UHGV virus genome: UHGV-2025275
Reading direction: 5' to 3' (one strand)
Source: a virus
Length of the DNA: 64,000 bases
The notes under the pieces are model-generated. The model saw only the letters and a list, made by a program, of their open reading frames with translations, ran no database searches and was not told the DNA's origin. Numbering within the stretch: the stretch's first letter is position 1; every line of letters begins with the position of its first letter. Positions 1 through 8,890 of the stretch are shown here, one piece after another. Position numbers and translations under genes: made by a program.

Positions 1-267
1 CTCAACATTCCGATGGATATCCTCTTTGAAGAGATATTTATTAATCAGGTTCACCACTTCCCTGGTGTGATTGAAGCGGTAGGCGCGTTCCAGGCGCTCC
101 TTGAACTCCTGATCACCTTCTTTGAAGTATCGGAAAATGTTGTCATCGAACCAGGCACGCCCGCCAGCGTATGTGCTGGCGAGGAAATCCCAGTGCTCTT
201 TTTTCTTTTTATATTCGGGGTGGCGTCTTGCCACAAGATCCTTAATTTGCTTATCAGTCAATTCCAT
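1..267 (-). CDS. hypothetical protein, 5' part only (gene runs off the window start); possibly portal/head protein by its position after the terminase genes
   Basis: Uninterrupted minus-strand frame 267->1 (MELTDKQIKDLVARRHPEYKKKKEHWDF...). RBS AAGGAAG lies 7 nt upstream of ATG (267-265). Absent from the ORF track because there is no stop inside the window. Confidence 0.4.
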   Translation of the reverse strand, partial: MELTDKQIKDLVARRHPEYKKKKEHWDFLASTYAGGRAWFDDNIFRYFKEGDQEFKERLERAYRFNHTREVVNLINKYLFKEDIHRNVE

Positions 268-299
268 TTGCTTTTCTTCCTTGATAGGTAAGTACTTAC

Positions 300-1556
300 T
301 TATCTTGAGCCACCAAGAATAACACGATTTTTCACGGGATACCTACGATGAACCGGGTAGCCCAGGGCATCCGCACTGTGCTCAATCCCCCCGCTCTTAT
401 CCATATCGCGAGAGCCTGGTTTGTAGATAACTTTCTCCAGTGAATCGATGAGATGTTTGCACTTAGGGTCGATATACAAACGAGTTTCGCCAGAGGCGCT
501 CATCAACATGCGGTTCACTGAGTTCACACGATCAGCAATCGGTGGGTGCTTTTTCGGATAATCAACACGCAGAAAGCCCTTCTCCTTGAAGATGTCGATG
601 TCCGATTCCCCACGAGCGTGCTGACGATAGGCGCCGGCCGGGTCTGGGAAAATAGTGACTTGCGATTTCCACCGCCAGAAGCGACGCTCCAGCTCATCGC
701 ACACTTCTGCCGTATTCGACGAAAACAAGACAAGCTCATCCACTGCCCACAGCTCCCCATTCGGTTGTGGCTGCAGGATGACCGACGACATTGGATCAAT
801 GTTGAAGTCCTGGCCTACCCACACCGGTAATTTAGGATTGAACTGCAGCGGCTTAACGTGAACGCTACGATCGAACGGGTAATATACGCGCCCAGACATG
901 TTTTCGAAGCTGGCTAGGTACTCCTGTGCGAACGACTTAGGGTCCATATCGTTCTTGGCTGCCTCGATTTCTGCCGTCGGAACGAATGGTGAATCAGCGG
1001 TTACAAACTGCCAGCTTTTCCACTGACCTTTACGTTGCAGCTCTTTGTTCTGCCCGATAGTCCATAGTTTGTGGAATTCGGAGAACCCTTTCGGCGTACC
1101 GATGATCAGCGCGCCCCCGCGGGTGGATGACAATGTCGGACGGAGAACCTTGTACCAGGTGTCTGGCTTCATATCCTGGAACTCGTCGAGCACAACGAAA
1201 TGCAGCGCAACACCACGAAGCGTATCCGGTTTATCTGCGCCTTTAAGCGCGATCTCCGAACCGTTTTTCAACACGATGGTCATCGTGGTGTCGTTCTTCT
1301 TCCGAATCCACTTACGCGGCAGAACTTCCTGCAGATCATCCCACAAAATCTGGCGCGCCATTTGATAGGTCGGCGCGACGTACCAAACTCGTTGTTTTCT
1401 TTCCTTAGCGGCAGCGCGAATGATGGTTGAGATCGACAGCCTCGATTTACCCCAACGTCGTCCGGCGCACACCACTTTGAAACGATGTGGCGACTGGAAG
1501 ACTTGCATCTGCCCGGAGTGCAGTTGTACGAGACTTAGAGACGACGGGATGGACAT
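300..1556 (-). CDS. terL: terminase large subunit (ATPase + nuclease)
   Basis: 418 aa. Walker A-like CAGRRWGKS near the N-terminus. Typical terL architecture, immediately downstream of a small HTH/acidic protein. Confidence 0.8.
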   Translation of the reverse strand: MSIPSSLSLVQLHSGQMQVFQSPHRFKVVCAGRRWGKSRLSISTIIRAAAKERKQRVWYVAPTYQMARQILWDDLQEVLPRKWIRKKNDTTMTIVLKNGSEIALKGADKPDTLRGVALHFVVLDEFQDMKPDTWYKVLRPTLSSTRGGALIIGTPKGFSEFHKLWTIGQNKELQRKGQWKSWQFVTADSPFVPTAEIEAAKNDMDPKSFAQEYLASFENMSGRVYYPFDRSVHVKPLQFNPKLPVWVGQDFNIDPMSSVILQPQPNGELWAVDELVLFSSNTAEVCDELERRFWRWKSQVTIFPDPAGAYRQHARGESDIDIFKEKGFLRVDYPKKHPPIADRVNSVNRMLMSASGETRLYIDPKCKHLIDSLEKVIYKPGSRDMDKSGGIEHSADALGYPVHRRYPVKNRVILGGSR

Positions 1557-1558
1557 GG

Positions 1559-2200
1559 TTATGCATCTCCATCATCGTCTTCGCCCGATGCGTCAAAATC
1601 GCTCTCAGCTTCGCTCAGCGCTTCTTCTTCGAGTGATTCCAACAGATCGTCATCAATCACTTCGGGCTCATCATCTTCCTTGCGCAGCTGGGCCACCTGT
1701 GACGGCGTTAGCTCGCCAAAGACAAGGTTCGGAATATCTTCTTCACCGCCTTCTTCTTTCTCCATGCCCAAGGCCTTGGAGGAAATTTCGAAGCACTTAG
1801 CCAGCGTGCCGCTGGCGCGCTGCAGGCTTTTAAGATCGTCCTCAATCGAGGCCAGTGGCTTACCTTCGCGCTTTGCTGTAGTGACCTCGACCATCACCAT
1901 CTGACCAAGGGCATACGCCCAGCCGTCATAGCGTGTCCGGCGGTCTTCTATCTTTTCGGCACGGGCTTTAGCGCGCAGTTCTGCATCGGACTTGAGAGAC
2001 TCGCGCACCATCTTCCCAACAGAGTCGGCGCCTTTCTCTAATCCACGCTTTTTGAAGTGTCTGGAAAGCGTTTCACGACGGATGCCGTACTCTTCTTCCA
2101 GTTTTGAGAGCGTATACTCGCCCGAAGTCCATTTCGCTTCGGCTTCCGCCCATTCAGCCGGAGTCAGGCGAGTTTTGCTCTCGTCTTTTTCGACAGTCAT
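1559..2200 (-). CDS. terS: terminase small subunit (HTH N-terminus, acidic C-terminus)
   Basis: ORF 1559..2248. The likely start is ATG at 2200 (MTVEKDESK) with RBS GAGGG. HTH-like segment YTLSKLEEEYGIRRETLSRHF. Very acidic C-terminus. Directly precedes terL. Confidence 0.55.
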   Translation of the reverse strand: MTVEKDESKTRLTPAEWAEAEAKWTSGEYTLSKLEEEYGIRRETLSRHFKKRGLEKGADSVGKMVRESLKSDAELRAKARAEKIEDRRTRYDGWAYALGQMVMVEVTTAKREGKPLASIEDDLKSLQRASGTLAKCFEISSKALGMEKEEGGEEDIPNLVFGELTPSQVAQLRKEDDEPEVIDDDLLESLEEEALSEAESDFDASGEDDDGDA

Positions 2201-2240
2201 AGATCCCTCTAAAACACACACAGAGCGCTTCCTTGCGCTC

Positions 2241-2272
2241 TTAAACAATTTGTTTTCTGGTTGTATTAATTA
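2241..2272 (-). promoter_or_regulatory. conserved phage promoter/operator-like motif (class 1), copy upstream of terS
   Basis: Plus-strand TTAAACAATTTGTTTTCTGGTTGTATTAAT. Member of a 15-copy family with consensus TAAACAAnTTGTTTTCTTGTTGGTGTTATTATCGCAA, each 15-70 nt upstream of a minus-strand start codon. Confidence 0.5.
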
Positions 2273-2372
2273 GGTCTGGGGAATCTGTTTGAGAGCCTGC
2301 TTCCGTATATATTTAATAAGTGACTTATTAGTTATATATACAGACGCAGGCTGTTAATCTGACTCCCAGACC
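2273..2372. repeat. ~100-bp complex imperfect palindrome (copy A), GC clamp GGTCTGGG...CCCAGACC with AT-rich centre
   Basis: Arms AGCCTGCTTCCGTATATAT / ATATATACAGACGCAGGCT around centre AATAAGTGACTTATT. Abuts the stop codon of gene 2376..2642. A second copy in inverted orientation is at 25837-25953. Confidence 0.7.
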
Positions 2373-2375
2373 AAC

Positions 2376-2642
2376 TTACATCACCAGTAACTTGGCTCTG
2401 GCTCGACCTAATGTTGTCAGTCCCAAAGTTCGACGCTGGTAGCCAGAATCCTCTCGCGGCCGGCAGTCGTGCTTTTCGACCAAACCTTTCTTGATCAGTG
2501 CGCGCAGGGAGAATTGCATAGACTGCTTTGTCGTCCGGTAAGGCAGCACTTCCAGCAGCTCGTCCAGATCGAGCAAATGGCCACGTTCATGGCCTAAGTT
2601 GATGGTCTTAATGATGTCTTTCTGTTTATCAGTCAGTGTCAT
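2376..2642 (-). CDS. small DNA-binding protein, winged-helix like (hypothetical)
   Basis: 88 aa. Basic C-terminal half (RALIKKGLVEKHDCRPRED...) resembles wHTH regulators. No specific family recognised. Confidence 0.4.
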   Translation of the reverse strand: MTLTDKQKDIIKTINLGHERGHLLDLDELLEVLPYRTTKQSMQFSLRALIKKGLVEKHDCRPREDSGYQRRTLGLTTLGRARAKLLVM

Positions 2643-2651
2643 GGCAAATCC

Positions 2652-3551
2652 TTATGCCGGTAACGCAATATCCAGTGGTGCATTCAGCGGTTGTTTATCA
2701 AAAGCCAGCAGTGGCAGTGTGTCAGGCAGCTGGCGACCAAAATCAGGGTTGCGATAAACCCCATAGAGCGGTGAAGTGAAGCTCAGATTGTGAATATCCT
2801 TGAGCAGTTTCACGATGCTGGCCTCATCCACCAGGCTATCCGCGATATCCTGAATGGTAGTGCCACGGTTGCGGCCTGCTTTTGCCAGAGAACTATTCTT
2901 GTGGTAGTCCGCCACCAGATCTCGCAGTGCGCGGCGCCGGCGTGAATCAGTCATCGCAAACAGCTCCTTCACAATCGCTTCGTTGTCGCCGGGATCAGAA
3001 CGAAAATGGCGCTGAAAGACGCGAAGTGCGCTTTCGTAGCTCTTCGGACGTTCAGGACGTATGAAGCAAAACCCTGCTTTCATAGCAAACGGGTTATATT
3101 TGCTCATCGACGACTGGATCTCGATGATTGGCCGGTCATGCATCCTGCTAACCAGATTAATCATGCGATACGATACCCCGACGCCACGATACTGGGTGTC
3201 CACTACAGAGCGGCTGATCACAGCGAAGTTGTTGTTTACGTAACGTCCCCAGTACTGATTTGCCACAGTGGTGTTGGTTGTGGGTTTCAGCTTTGGAAAC
3301 ATGCGATGCCGCGGCGCCAGCAGCAGTTTAGGGAAGGCCATAACTACAACGCCTACCAACCGACCATCTAGCTCACAACGGTAGTAGGTAGGGGCGAACG
3401 GCTTCCCATCTGTCTTGTAGTGAAGCGACTTAAGCGCGTGCCAGTCTTCTACCGTCCCCCTGGTGACGGTCATGCGCTCAAGAAAGTCCAGATGGCGCGG
3501 GAACTCCTCCGGGCGATACCGTTTGATGATGATGTCTGTCATGCCGATCAC
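2652..3551 (-). CDS. hypothetical protein (weak GNAT-like motif), first gene of the ParB/ABC operon
   Basis: 299 aa. QYRGVGVSYRMINLV resembles GNAT motif A, but the fold is not established. The start overlaps the upstream gene's stop (translationally coupled). Confidence 0.35.
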   Translation of the reverse strand: MIGMTDIIIKRYRPEEFPRHLDFLERMTVTRGTVEDWHALKSLHYKTDGKPFAPTYYRCELDGRLVGVVVMAFPKLLLAPRHRMFPKLKPTTNTTVANQYWGRYVNNNFAVISRSVVDTQYRGVGVSYRMINLVSRMHDRPIIEIQSSMSKYNPFAMKAGFCFIRPERPKSYESALRVFQRHFRSDPGDNEAIVKELFAMTDSRRRRALRDLVADYHKNSSLAKAGRNRGTTIQDIADSLVDEASIVKLLKDIHNLSFTSPLYGVYRNPDFGRQLPDTLPLLAFDKQPLNAPLDIALPA

Positions 3552-3802
3552 CTGCGCTCGATATTGGCATTGATGAAGTCCAGGCGAAGCGATTCTATCG
3601 CCCCAACCATGACGTATGGGCGCCCACCGTTATGCCAGCAATCCAGAACACTCTCGTCGTTATTGATCATCAGCAGCGCCAGGCTCTGGCTTTTGCCTTC
3701 TCTGGCGTACTGGAGTGCATCTTCCAGCAGGCGGATGACTTCAACGTTATTGTTGTCAGTCTCTTTCGATGGCTTCAGCTCTACGATCTTCAAATCAGGC
3801 AT
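3548..3802 (-). CDS. hypothetical protein
   Basis: 84 aa ORF. ATGA overlaps with the flanking genes, indicating operon membership. Confidence 0.4.
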   Translation of the reverse strand: MPDLKIVELKPSKETDNNNVEVIRLLEDALQYAREGKSQSLALLMINNDESVLDCWHNGGRPYVMVGAIESLRLDFINANIERR

Positions 3803-4433
3803 ATTCCACCTTCACGCGTTCTTTGTAGTGCTTGGTGATCTGCATATCCGGGCGCAGCGCGTTCTTCAGGTCTTCGTGGGTCGTCGCCACCATTACCGTC
3901 GCACCTACCTTTCGCGCGGCACGCTGGAGGTTCGACGCCACAACCTGGGCGGTAACACGATCAAGAACTGCGCCAAATTCATCCGCAGCCCATACCTTTG
4001 CGCCCGACTCAATAAGCTTGGCGATCTTGAGCCGGTATTTCTGGCCATCCGACATTTCAGAAGGTTTGCGCACAAAGAGATAGGCATCATTCAAGCCAGC
4101 CATCGAAAGCAGCCCTAACGCTTCGCTGGTGGTTTTACCCAGCTGGTCGATGACATTGACGTCGTTGTCAAAGGTAAAGTCATCAATGGAGGCGACTGAA
4201 AGCCCTTCCTCTTTCATCTGGCGTTGTAGCTCACGCAGCACGACAGATTTTCCGGAACCTGACTGGCCAGTGATGTAAACCACATCACCCTGCTCAACTT
4301 CCAGCTCAAGATTGTCGTAAAGTGTCCAGTCTTTTTCATCCAGGCCAAGCCCAAACGATTCGGCGATCTCAAGCGTGCGAGTAGTCTTGTTGACACGGGT
4401 CTGGAACGATACGTTGATGGTATATGTGCTCAT
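3795..4433 (-). CDS. compact soluble ABC-type ATPase
   Basis: Walker A GQSGSGKS. ABC signature-like MSDGQKYR. Walker B VWAADEF. H-loop ATTHEDL. No transmembrane or coiled-coil segments. 212 aa. Confidence 0.65.
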   Translation of the reverse strand: MSTYTINVSFQTRVNKTTRTLEIAESFGLGLDEKDWTLYDNLELEVEQGDVVYITGQSGSGKSVVLRELQRQMKEEGLSVASIDDFTFDNDVNVIDQLGKTTSEALGLLSMAGLNDAYLFVRKPSEMSDGQKYRLKIAKLIESGAKVWAADEFGAVLDRVTAQVVASNLQRAARKVGATVMVATTHEDLKNALRPDMQITKHYKERVKVEYA

Positions 4434-5107
4434 GCTTCGACTCCCCCGGAGGAAACTTTCTGCGCATAAGCAACGAACGCGTCTACCCCGCTCTCTCCCG
4501 TGATTTCTTCCATATGGGCAAGCAAATCCCCCACGACAATCGCAGAGCCAGCAGGGAGCGTTTTAAAGCCCAGAACATCGACCACTCGAACCTCTTCGGC
4601 GGCGACTTCGCGACTGATTTCGGTGTGCTCTTCTTTCTGGCGCTCGGTTTCCTCCCCCAGATCCATAACCAGTGCGCCAGTATCCATTTCTTCGGTCATG
4701 CTACCGACCAGCACGTTCAGCTCACGCTCGTCAAAGCCGAAGACTTCAACGTCACCAAGTACCAGAGACTCCAGCTCTTTCTGTAACTTGATGGCATCGT
4801 AATCAATGCTGGCCAGCCGGTTATCCTCCAGACGCTTCGCCTTCACTTCTTCATCGGACAGATCGTCGCGAACGATCACCGGCACACTTTTCAGCCCCGC
4901 TAAAAGCGCAGCTTCGCGGCGGCCGTGGCCAGTAATGATGACATCGTCTTTATCGACAGTGATCGGCTGGTCAAAACCACGCTTTTTTATGGCTGCGGCC
5001 AGGTCACGGATCTGCTGCTCGTCATGCTTTTTGGCGTTCATTTCATAGGGAATGAGCTCTGCCGGGTCTCGGTAGACGATTTCGAACGTTTTGGTCATTA
5101 AATACAC
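4430..5107 (-). CDS. ParB/Srx-fold (ParB N-terminal nuclease-like domain) protein, paralog 1
   Basis: ITGHGRREAALLAGLKSVPVIV matches the ParB N-terminal GxxRxxA box. 225 aa with an acidic C-terminal half. 4-nt overlap with neighbours. Confidence 0.6.
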   Translation of the reverse strand: MYLMTKTFEIVYRDPAELIPYEMNAKKHDEQQIRDLAAAIKKRGFDQPITVDKDDVIITGHGRREAALLAGLKSVPVIVRDDLSDEEVKAKRLEDNRLASIDYDAIKLQKELESLVLGDVEVFGFDERELNVLVGSMTEEMDTGALVMDLGEETERQKEEHTEISREVAAEEVRVVDVLGFKTLPAGSAIVVGDLLAHMEEITGESGVDAFVAYAQKVSSGGVEA

Positions 5108-5802
5108 TCCTTGTAGTTATCGACCAGCCATACCAGAGCTTCACCAGCATTTTCCATGTCGTTGCCGGTGTTGATCGCCTGCTCTTTGATGATGGATTTG
5201 ATGGTTTCGGTAACGCGATCAGAAGCGTCAAACGTCACTTTGAAGCGCATGGTCTGGTGTTCCGCACCAACACGCTCAGCTTTTTCACGAGAGTCCTTCT
5301 CAACGGGCTCTTCGTCACCACGCGACAACGCCTCAAGCATTTCCAGGTCGATTGCCGACTCACGAGCCAGTGTGGCCGCCAGTTCGTCGTCGTAAGGGGC
5401 AATTTCCGACAGCTGATAATCGAGTTCGGACTGAATTTCCTCGATCAGACGCTGTAATGCGACCTGATCGTCTTCACCGTATCGCTCGTTATCGACCAGA
5501 GACATTTGTTTCGCGACCAGATCGCTTATTTTGCCCACCGATATAACGGGAACCGTGGAAATACCCTGTTCCATAGCGGCTCGCCAGCGATGTTCGCCAC
5601 CGAGGATCTCAAATAAGCCCCCGTCCAGCTCACGCGCGAGAATTGGCTTGAAAAAACCCAGTTTTTCGATGGAGCCTTTCAGTTTTTCGAAGTTTTGAGC
5701 ACCAACCGAGTTGGTGTTCCAGGGATTTGGCCGGAGTCTGGCCACTTCTACCTGCAGAATGGTAATTTTTACGCCCATACTTTTTGATACAATCCATTGC
5801 AT
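5098..5802 (-). CDS. ParB/Srx-fold protein, paralog 2
   Basis: ILGGEHRWRAAMEQGISTVPVISV ParB box. 234 aa. Start is uncertain (ATG 5802 or 5778, both with weak SD). Confidence 0.55.
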   Translation of the reverse strand: MQWIVSKSMGVKITILQVEVARLRPNPWNTNSVGAQNFEKLKGSIEKLGFFKPILARELDGGLFEILGGEHRWRAAMEQGISTVPVISVGKISDLVAKQMSLVDNERYGEDDQVALQRLIEEIQSELDYQLSEIAPYDDELAATLARESAIDLEMLEALSRGDEEPVEKDSREKAERVGAEHQTMRFKVTFDASDRVTETIKSIIKEQAINTGNDMENAGEALVWLVDNYKECI

Positions 5803-5805
5803 AAG

Positions 5806-5829
5806 TACTTACTTACTTACTTACTATTC
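5806..5829. repeat. tetranucleotide (ACTT)n microsatellite (about 5 units) extending the class-2 palindromic motif
   Basis: ACTTACTTACTTACTTACT lies between the divergent ParB-operon start and the helicase gene. Confidence 0.6.
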
Positions 5830-5869
5830 TAGCCAATTAACATATAAAAGGCACGAAGGAAAGATATTT

Positions 5870-7429
5870 ATGACTGTTAGGATTGTTTCGAACGCGGTCA
5901 ACGCTATGGTCTCCGGCGCTGATGACAACGTGAAGCGACTCGTCCAGGAAATGCTGAGTTACGAAGTCGAAGCCGGCGACTGGAAAGGCACCAGTACTAT
6001 GTTCAACTGGAGCAAAAATGCCTTCCCCGCGGGTTTTGCCAAATCGGTAGCAGCCAATCTGGTGAAGGCTGGCATCAAATGCGTCCATATTCGCAAAGAC
6101 AAGGTTCCGGCGCTGGGCAAACCAAACCCGGCAGTTAACCCCTTCCCCTATAATCCGGACTATGCGTATCAAGATCAGGCTGTAGAGACACTGGTTCGCG
6201 AAGGAATGATGATTGCGCAGATCGCCACTGGCGGGGGAAAGTCTAACGTGGCTTGCAAAGCCGCGGCGCGTATTGGGCGCATGACGCTGTTTTTAACCAC
6301 CCGCTCTGTACTTATGTTCCAAATGGCAGATAACTTCCAGAAGTCGATAGACTATCGAGCTGAGAATGGCGAACAGTGGCTCAAAGGTCAGAAGGTTGGC
6401 ATCATTGGTTCTGGTGAGTTTCAGGTATCTCGCCATATCAATGTCGCAACAGTGCAAACCCTGGCGAGTTTTCTTGAAGAGCCTCCACGCGATATGCCGG
6501 CGGACAAAAAGGCTTATCATCTTAAGCGCCGGGAGCTGGTTAAGCGTTTCCTCTCAAGTGTCTCACTGCTAATCCTTGAAGAAGCACACGAATCCTCCGG
6601 TTCAAACTTTTATGACATCGCCAGGCTGTGCATTAACGCAGACTATCGTCTGGCGCTGACCGCTACCCCGTTTATGAAAGCTTCAACTGAGGCCAATATG
6701 CGTCTGATGGCTGTTGCTGGACGCATCGAGATAAAGGTCACTGAAAAATATCTGATCGAGCGAGGTATTTTGGCCAAACCCTACTTCGTATACCATAAAA
6801 TCGCGTACACTCCGGATGAGGCTCGTATACGAGCGGAGCTCGCTTTCAAGCATCTGAACTTCAGAGTTGGGATGAGCACGCCGTATCAGAAAGCTTATCA
6901 GCTCGGTATCGTTTACAATATTGGACGTAACGAGGCCGTCGTTCGCGACGCGCTGATGTACCGTGATCATGGACTGAACTGTATGACTCTGGTGAGGATC
7001 AAACGCCACGGTCAGATACTGATGGAAATGATGAAAGAGAGCGGCTTACGGGTAGATTTTATTTACGGTGAATCCAACCAAAGTACCAGACAGGCTAAGC
7101 TCAACAGCCTGGCTGCAGGGAAAATTGATGTGCTGATCGGCTCTACGATACTGGATGTCGGTGTCGATGTGCCAAGTGTTGGCGCCGTAATTCTTGCCGG
7201 AGGAGGCAAGGCCGAAGTCGAAATGCGTCAACGTGTTGGTCGCGGCCTTCGAGCCAAGAAAAATCAGGCAAATGTGTGTTTTATTTCGGATTTTATCGAT
7301 ATAAGCAACAAACACCTGATGTCACACTCATACGAACGAAAACACATTATTGACACCACTCCCGGGTTTGCGGAAGGCGTGTTGCCTGTCGGGAGCAGTT
7401 TTGACTTTGGTGTATTACAAAGAGATTAA
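5870..7429 (+). CDS. SF2 DNA helicase (DEAH-type; UvsW/RecG-like candidate)
   Basis: Motif I ATGGGKS. Motif II LILEEAHES. Motif III LTATPF. Motif VI QRVGRGLR. Start placed at ATG 5870 with RBS AAGGAAAG (ORF track begins earlier at 5711). Confidence 0.7.
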   Translation: MTVRIVSNAVNAMVSGADDNVKRLVQEMLSYEVEAGDWKGTSTMFNWSKNAFPAGFAKSVAANLVKAGIKCVHIRKDKVPALGKPNPAVNPFPYNPDYAYQDQAVETLVREGMMIAQIATGGGKSNVACKAAARIGRMTLFLTTRSVLMFQMADNFQKSIDYRAENGEQWLKGQKVGIIGSGEFQVSRHINVATVQTLASFLEEPPRDMPADKKAYHLKRRELVKRFLSSVSLLILEEAHESSGSNFYDIARLCINADYRLALTATPFMKASTEANMRLMAVAGRIEIKVTEKYLIERGILAKPYFVYHKIAYTPDEARIRAELAFKHLNFRVGMSTPYQKAYQLGIVYNIGRNEAVVRDALMYRDHGLNCMTLVRIKRHGQILMEMMKESGLRVDFIYGESNQSTRQAKLNSLAAGKIDVLIGSTILDVGVDVPSVGAVILAGGGKAEVEMRQRVGRGLRAKKNQANVCFISDFIDISNKHLMSHSYERKHIIDTTPGFAEGVLPVGSSFDFGVLQRD

Positions 7430-7431
7430 TT

Positions 7432-7707
7432 ATGACCGAAAATCGCTCAATTTCATGTCAGGTGAAGCTCACCGAAAAAGCCAACGAAAAGCTTGGTTCG
7501 TTCAAAACGCGCCTGAAAGAGCGCAACATCAAAATGTCTAAGTCAGACATCATTAACCTTGTTCTGACCAAGATGAGCACAGCAGAGTTTGAGAAGATCG
7601 CGACCTCGATGGCAGCGGCTGAGAACGCTAGACAGAAAGTGTTGCAGATCTACGAGAACTCCGGGATGACCAAGGAAGACTTGGAAGATATCCTCAAACG
7701 TCTCTAA
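7432..7707 (+). CDS. hypothetical protein
   Basis: 91 aa ORF immediately after the helicase. Charged, helical-looking. Confidence 0.4.
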   Translation: MTENRSISCQVKLTEKANEKLGSFKTRLKERNIKMSKSDIINLVLTKMSTAEFEKIATSMAAAENARQKVLQIYENSGMTKEDLEDILKRL

Positions 7708-7757
7708 CGCGTACTTACGGAGGGCGTGGGTAAAAAGCTCTCGCCCTCCTCTACCAT

Positions 7758-8195
7758 TTATTTATAGGCTGTTTTCATGATGAACAGCTCTGCCGACACC
7801 GTCACCCCGATCCGATATTCGTCTTGCTTATCTTTTGACACCATGATTTCTCTTTCGGTGTTCATCTTGCCGCACATAATAGACATACCCTGCAGATCTA
7901 CAGACAGAATATGCTCGCCATAAGGCAGGTTTAACTCAACCTTCTCAGATGTTTTGATATCAGCAACTGGCTCACCATCAACAGAAAGCCGGCTGGTACA
8001 AAGCGCACCCTTACTGCCAGAGTCTCGTTTCACGATGATTTTTTGCGTATTCTCTGACGGCGTATTGTATTTGGTCGACAGTATTCTCGACGCTGGGACT
8101 GGGTCGGCAGCACTCGTCCTGACCGCCTGGGTTGAACATCCGGCCACCAGTAAACTGGAGGTTAGCAAAGCTATTAATGCGCACTTGTTCATCAT
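7758..8195 (-). CDS. lipoprotein (hypothetical)
   Basis: Signal peptide with lipobox LVAGC (MMNKCALIALLTSSLLVAGCS). Confidence 0.5.
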   Translation of the reverse strand: MMNKCALIALLTSSLLVAGCSTQAVRTSAADPVPASRILSTKYNTPSENTQKIIVKRDSGSKGALCTSRLSVDGEPVADIKTSEKVELNLPYGEHILSVDLQGMSIMCGKMNTEREIMVSKDKQDEYRIGVTVSAELFIMKTAYK

Positions 8196-8350
8196 TCTTC
8201 ACCATATAGAAACTTGCCTGCAAACTATAACAATTCTAAGTATTTGCAACAAGGTAACGCTTTTTCGCCTGTCAAAACTAAGGAAATAGAAGATAATGGT
8301 GACTCGTACCTTCTGGTAATTTTTATCGCATAACATGAGGCGTTTAAAAT

Positions 8351-8881
8351 ATGCCCAATACCATTACCGATATCACCTACGGGATACCTGCTGAGGTCTG
8401 GCCGCGCGATTACTCAAAAGTAGAGGCGTCGTTGATGTTCTGGCGCAAGGAGCAAATTCCCGTCAAGGTCACGATGGAAGATGGCCAGGTGTTCTGCATG
8501 TACGTTCAGGGGACGATGTCCTCCCGTAACAAGGTAGATCTATGCCCGGCGCCGTTCGACAAAGACAATCGTGTAAGGTTGCCACTTGAGCGAATCAGCA
8601 CTATCGAGTCAGGTGTAAATGACGCTGTCACCCATGATTTCGTTGGTCGCGTAACCGTACATCCAGACTATGTTGATAACCGGCCATCCCGCCGTGATTT
8701 CTTTAAAATTTGCCGCCAGGCCCACGAGAACCAGAAATCAGTAAGGGTCTACATGGCGGACGGCCGCGAAATTGAAGGTGTGTCACTTGGCGTCGACGCT
8801 TGTCAGGTCACACTTGCCGTTGGGAACGGGCGAAAAATGATCGTCCTGTTTGATTGGGTTGAACGAATTCTGCCGTTTTAG
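8351..8881 (+). CDS. hypothetical protein with internal duplication
   Basis: 176 aa. Two similar segments (PVKVTMEDGQVF... / SVRVYMADGREIEGV...). Confidence 0.4.
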   Translation: MPNTITDITYGIPAEVWPRDYSKVEASLMFWRKEQIPVKVTMEDGQVFCMYVQGTMSSRNKVDLCPAPFDKDNRVRLPLERISTIESGVNDAVTHDFVGRVTVHPDYVDNRPSRRDFFKICRQAHENQKSVRVYMADGREIEGVSLGVDACQVTLAVGNGRKMIVLFDWVERILPF

Positions 8882-8890
8882 GATATTGAT

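Noticed and set aside
3795-5802. Interpreting the ATPase + ParB-like genes as a standard ParA/ParB partition cassette.
   Set aside because: The ATPase has ABC-type motifs (signature SDGQ, H-loop) rather than the deviant Walker A (KGGxxK[ST]) of ParA. There are two ParB-domain paralogs, and no obvious parS repeat array adjoins the operon. It is kept as an unexplained module instead.
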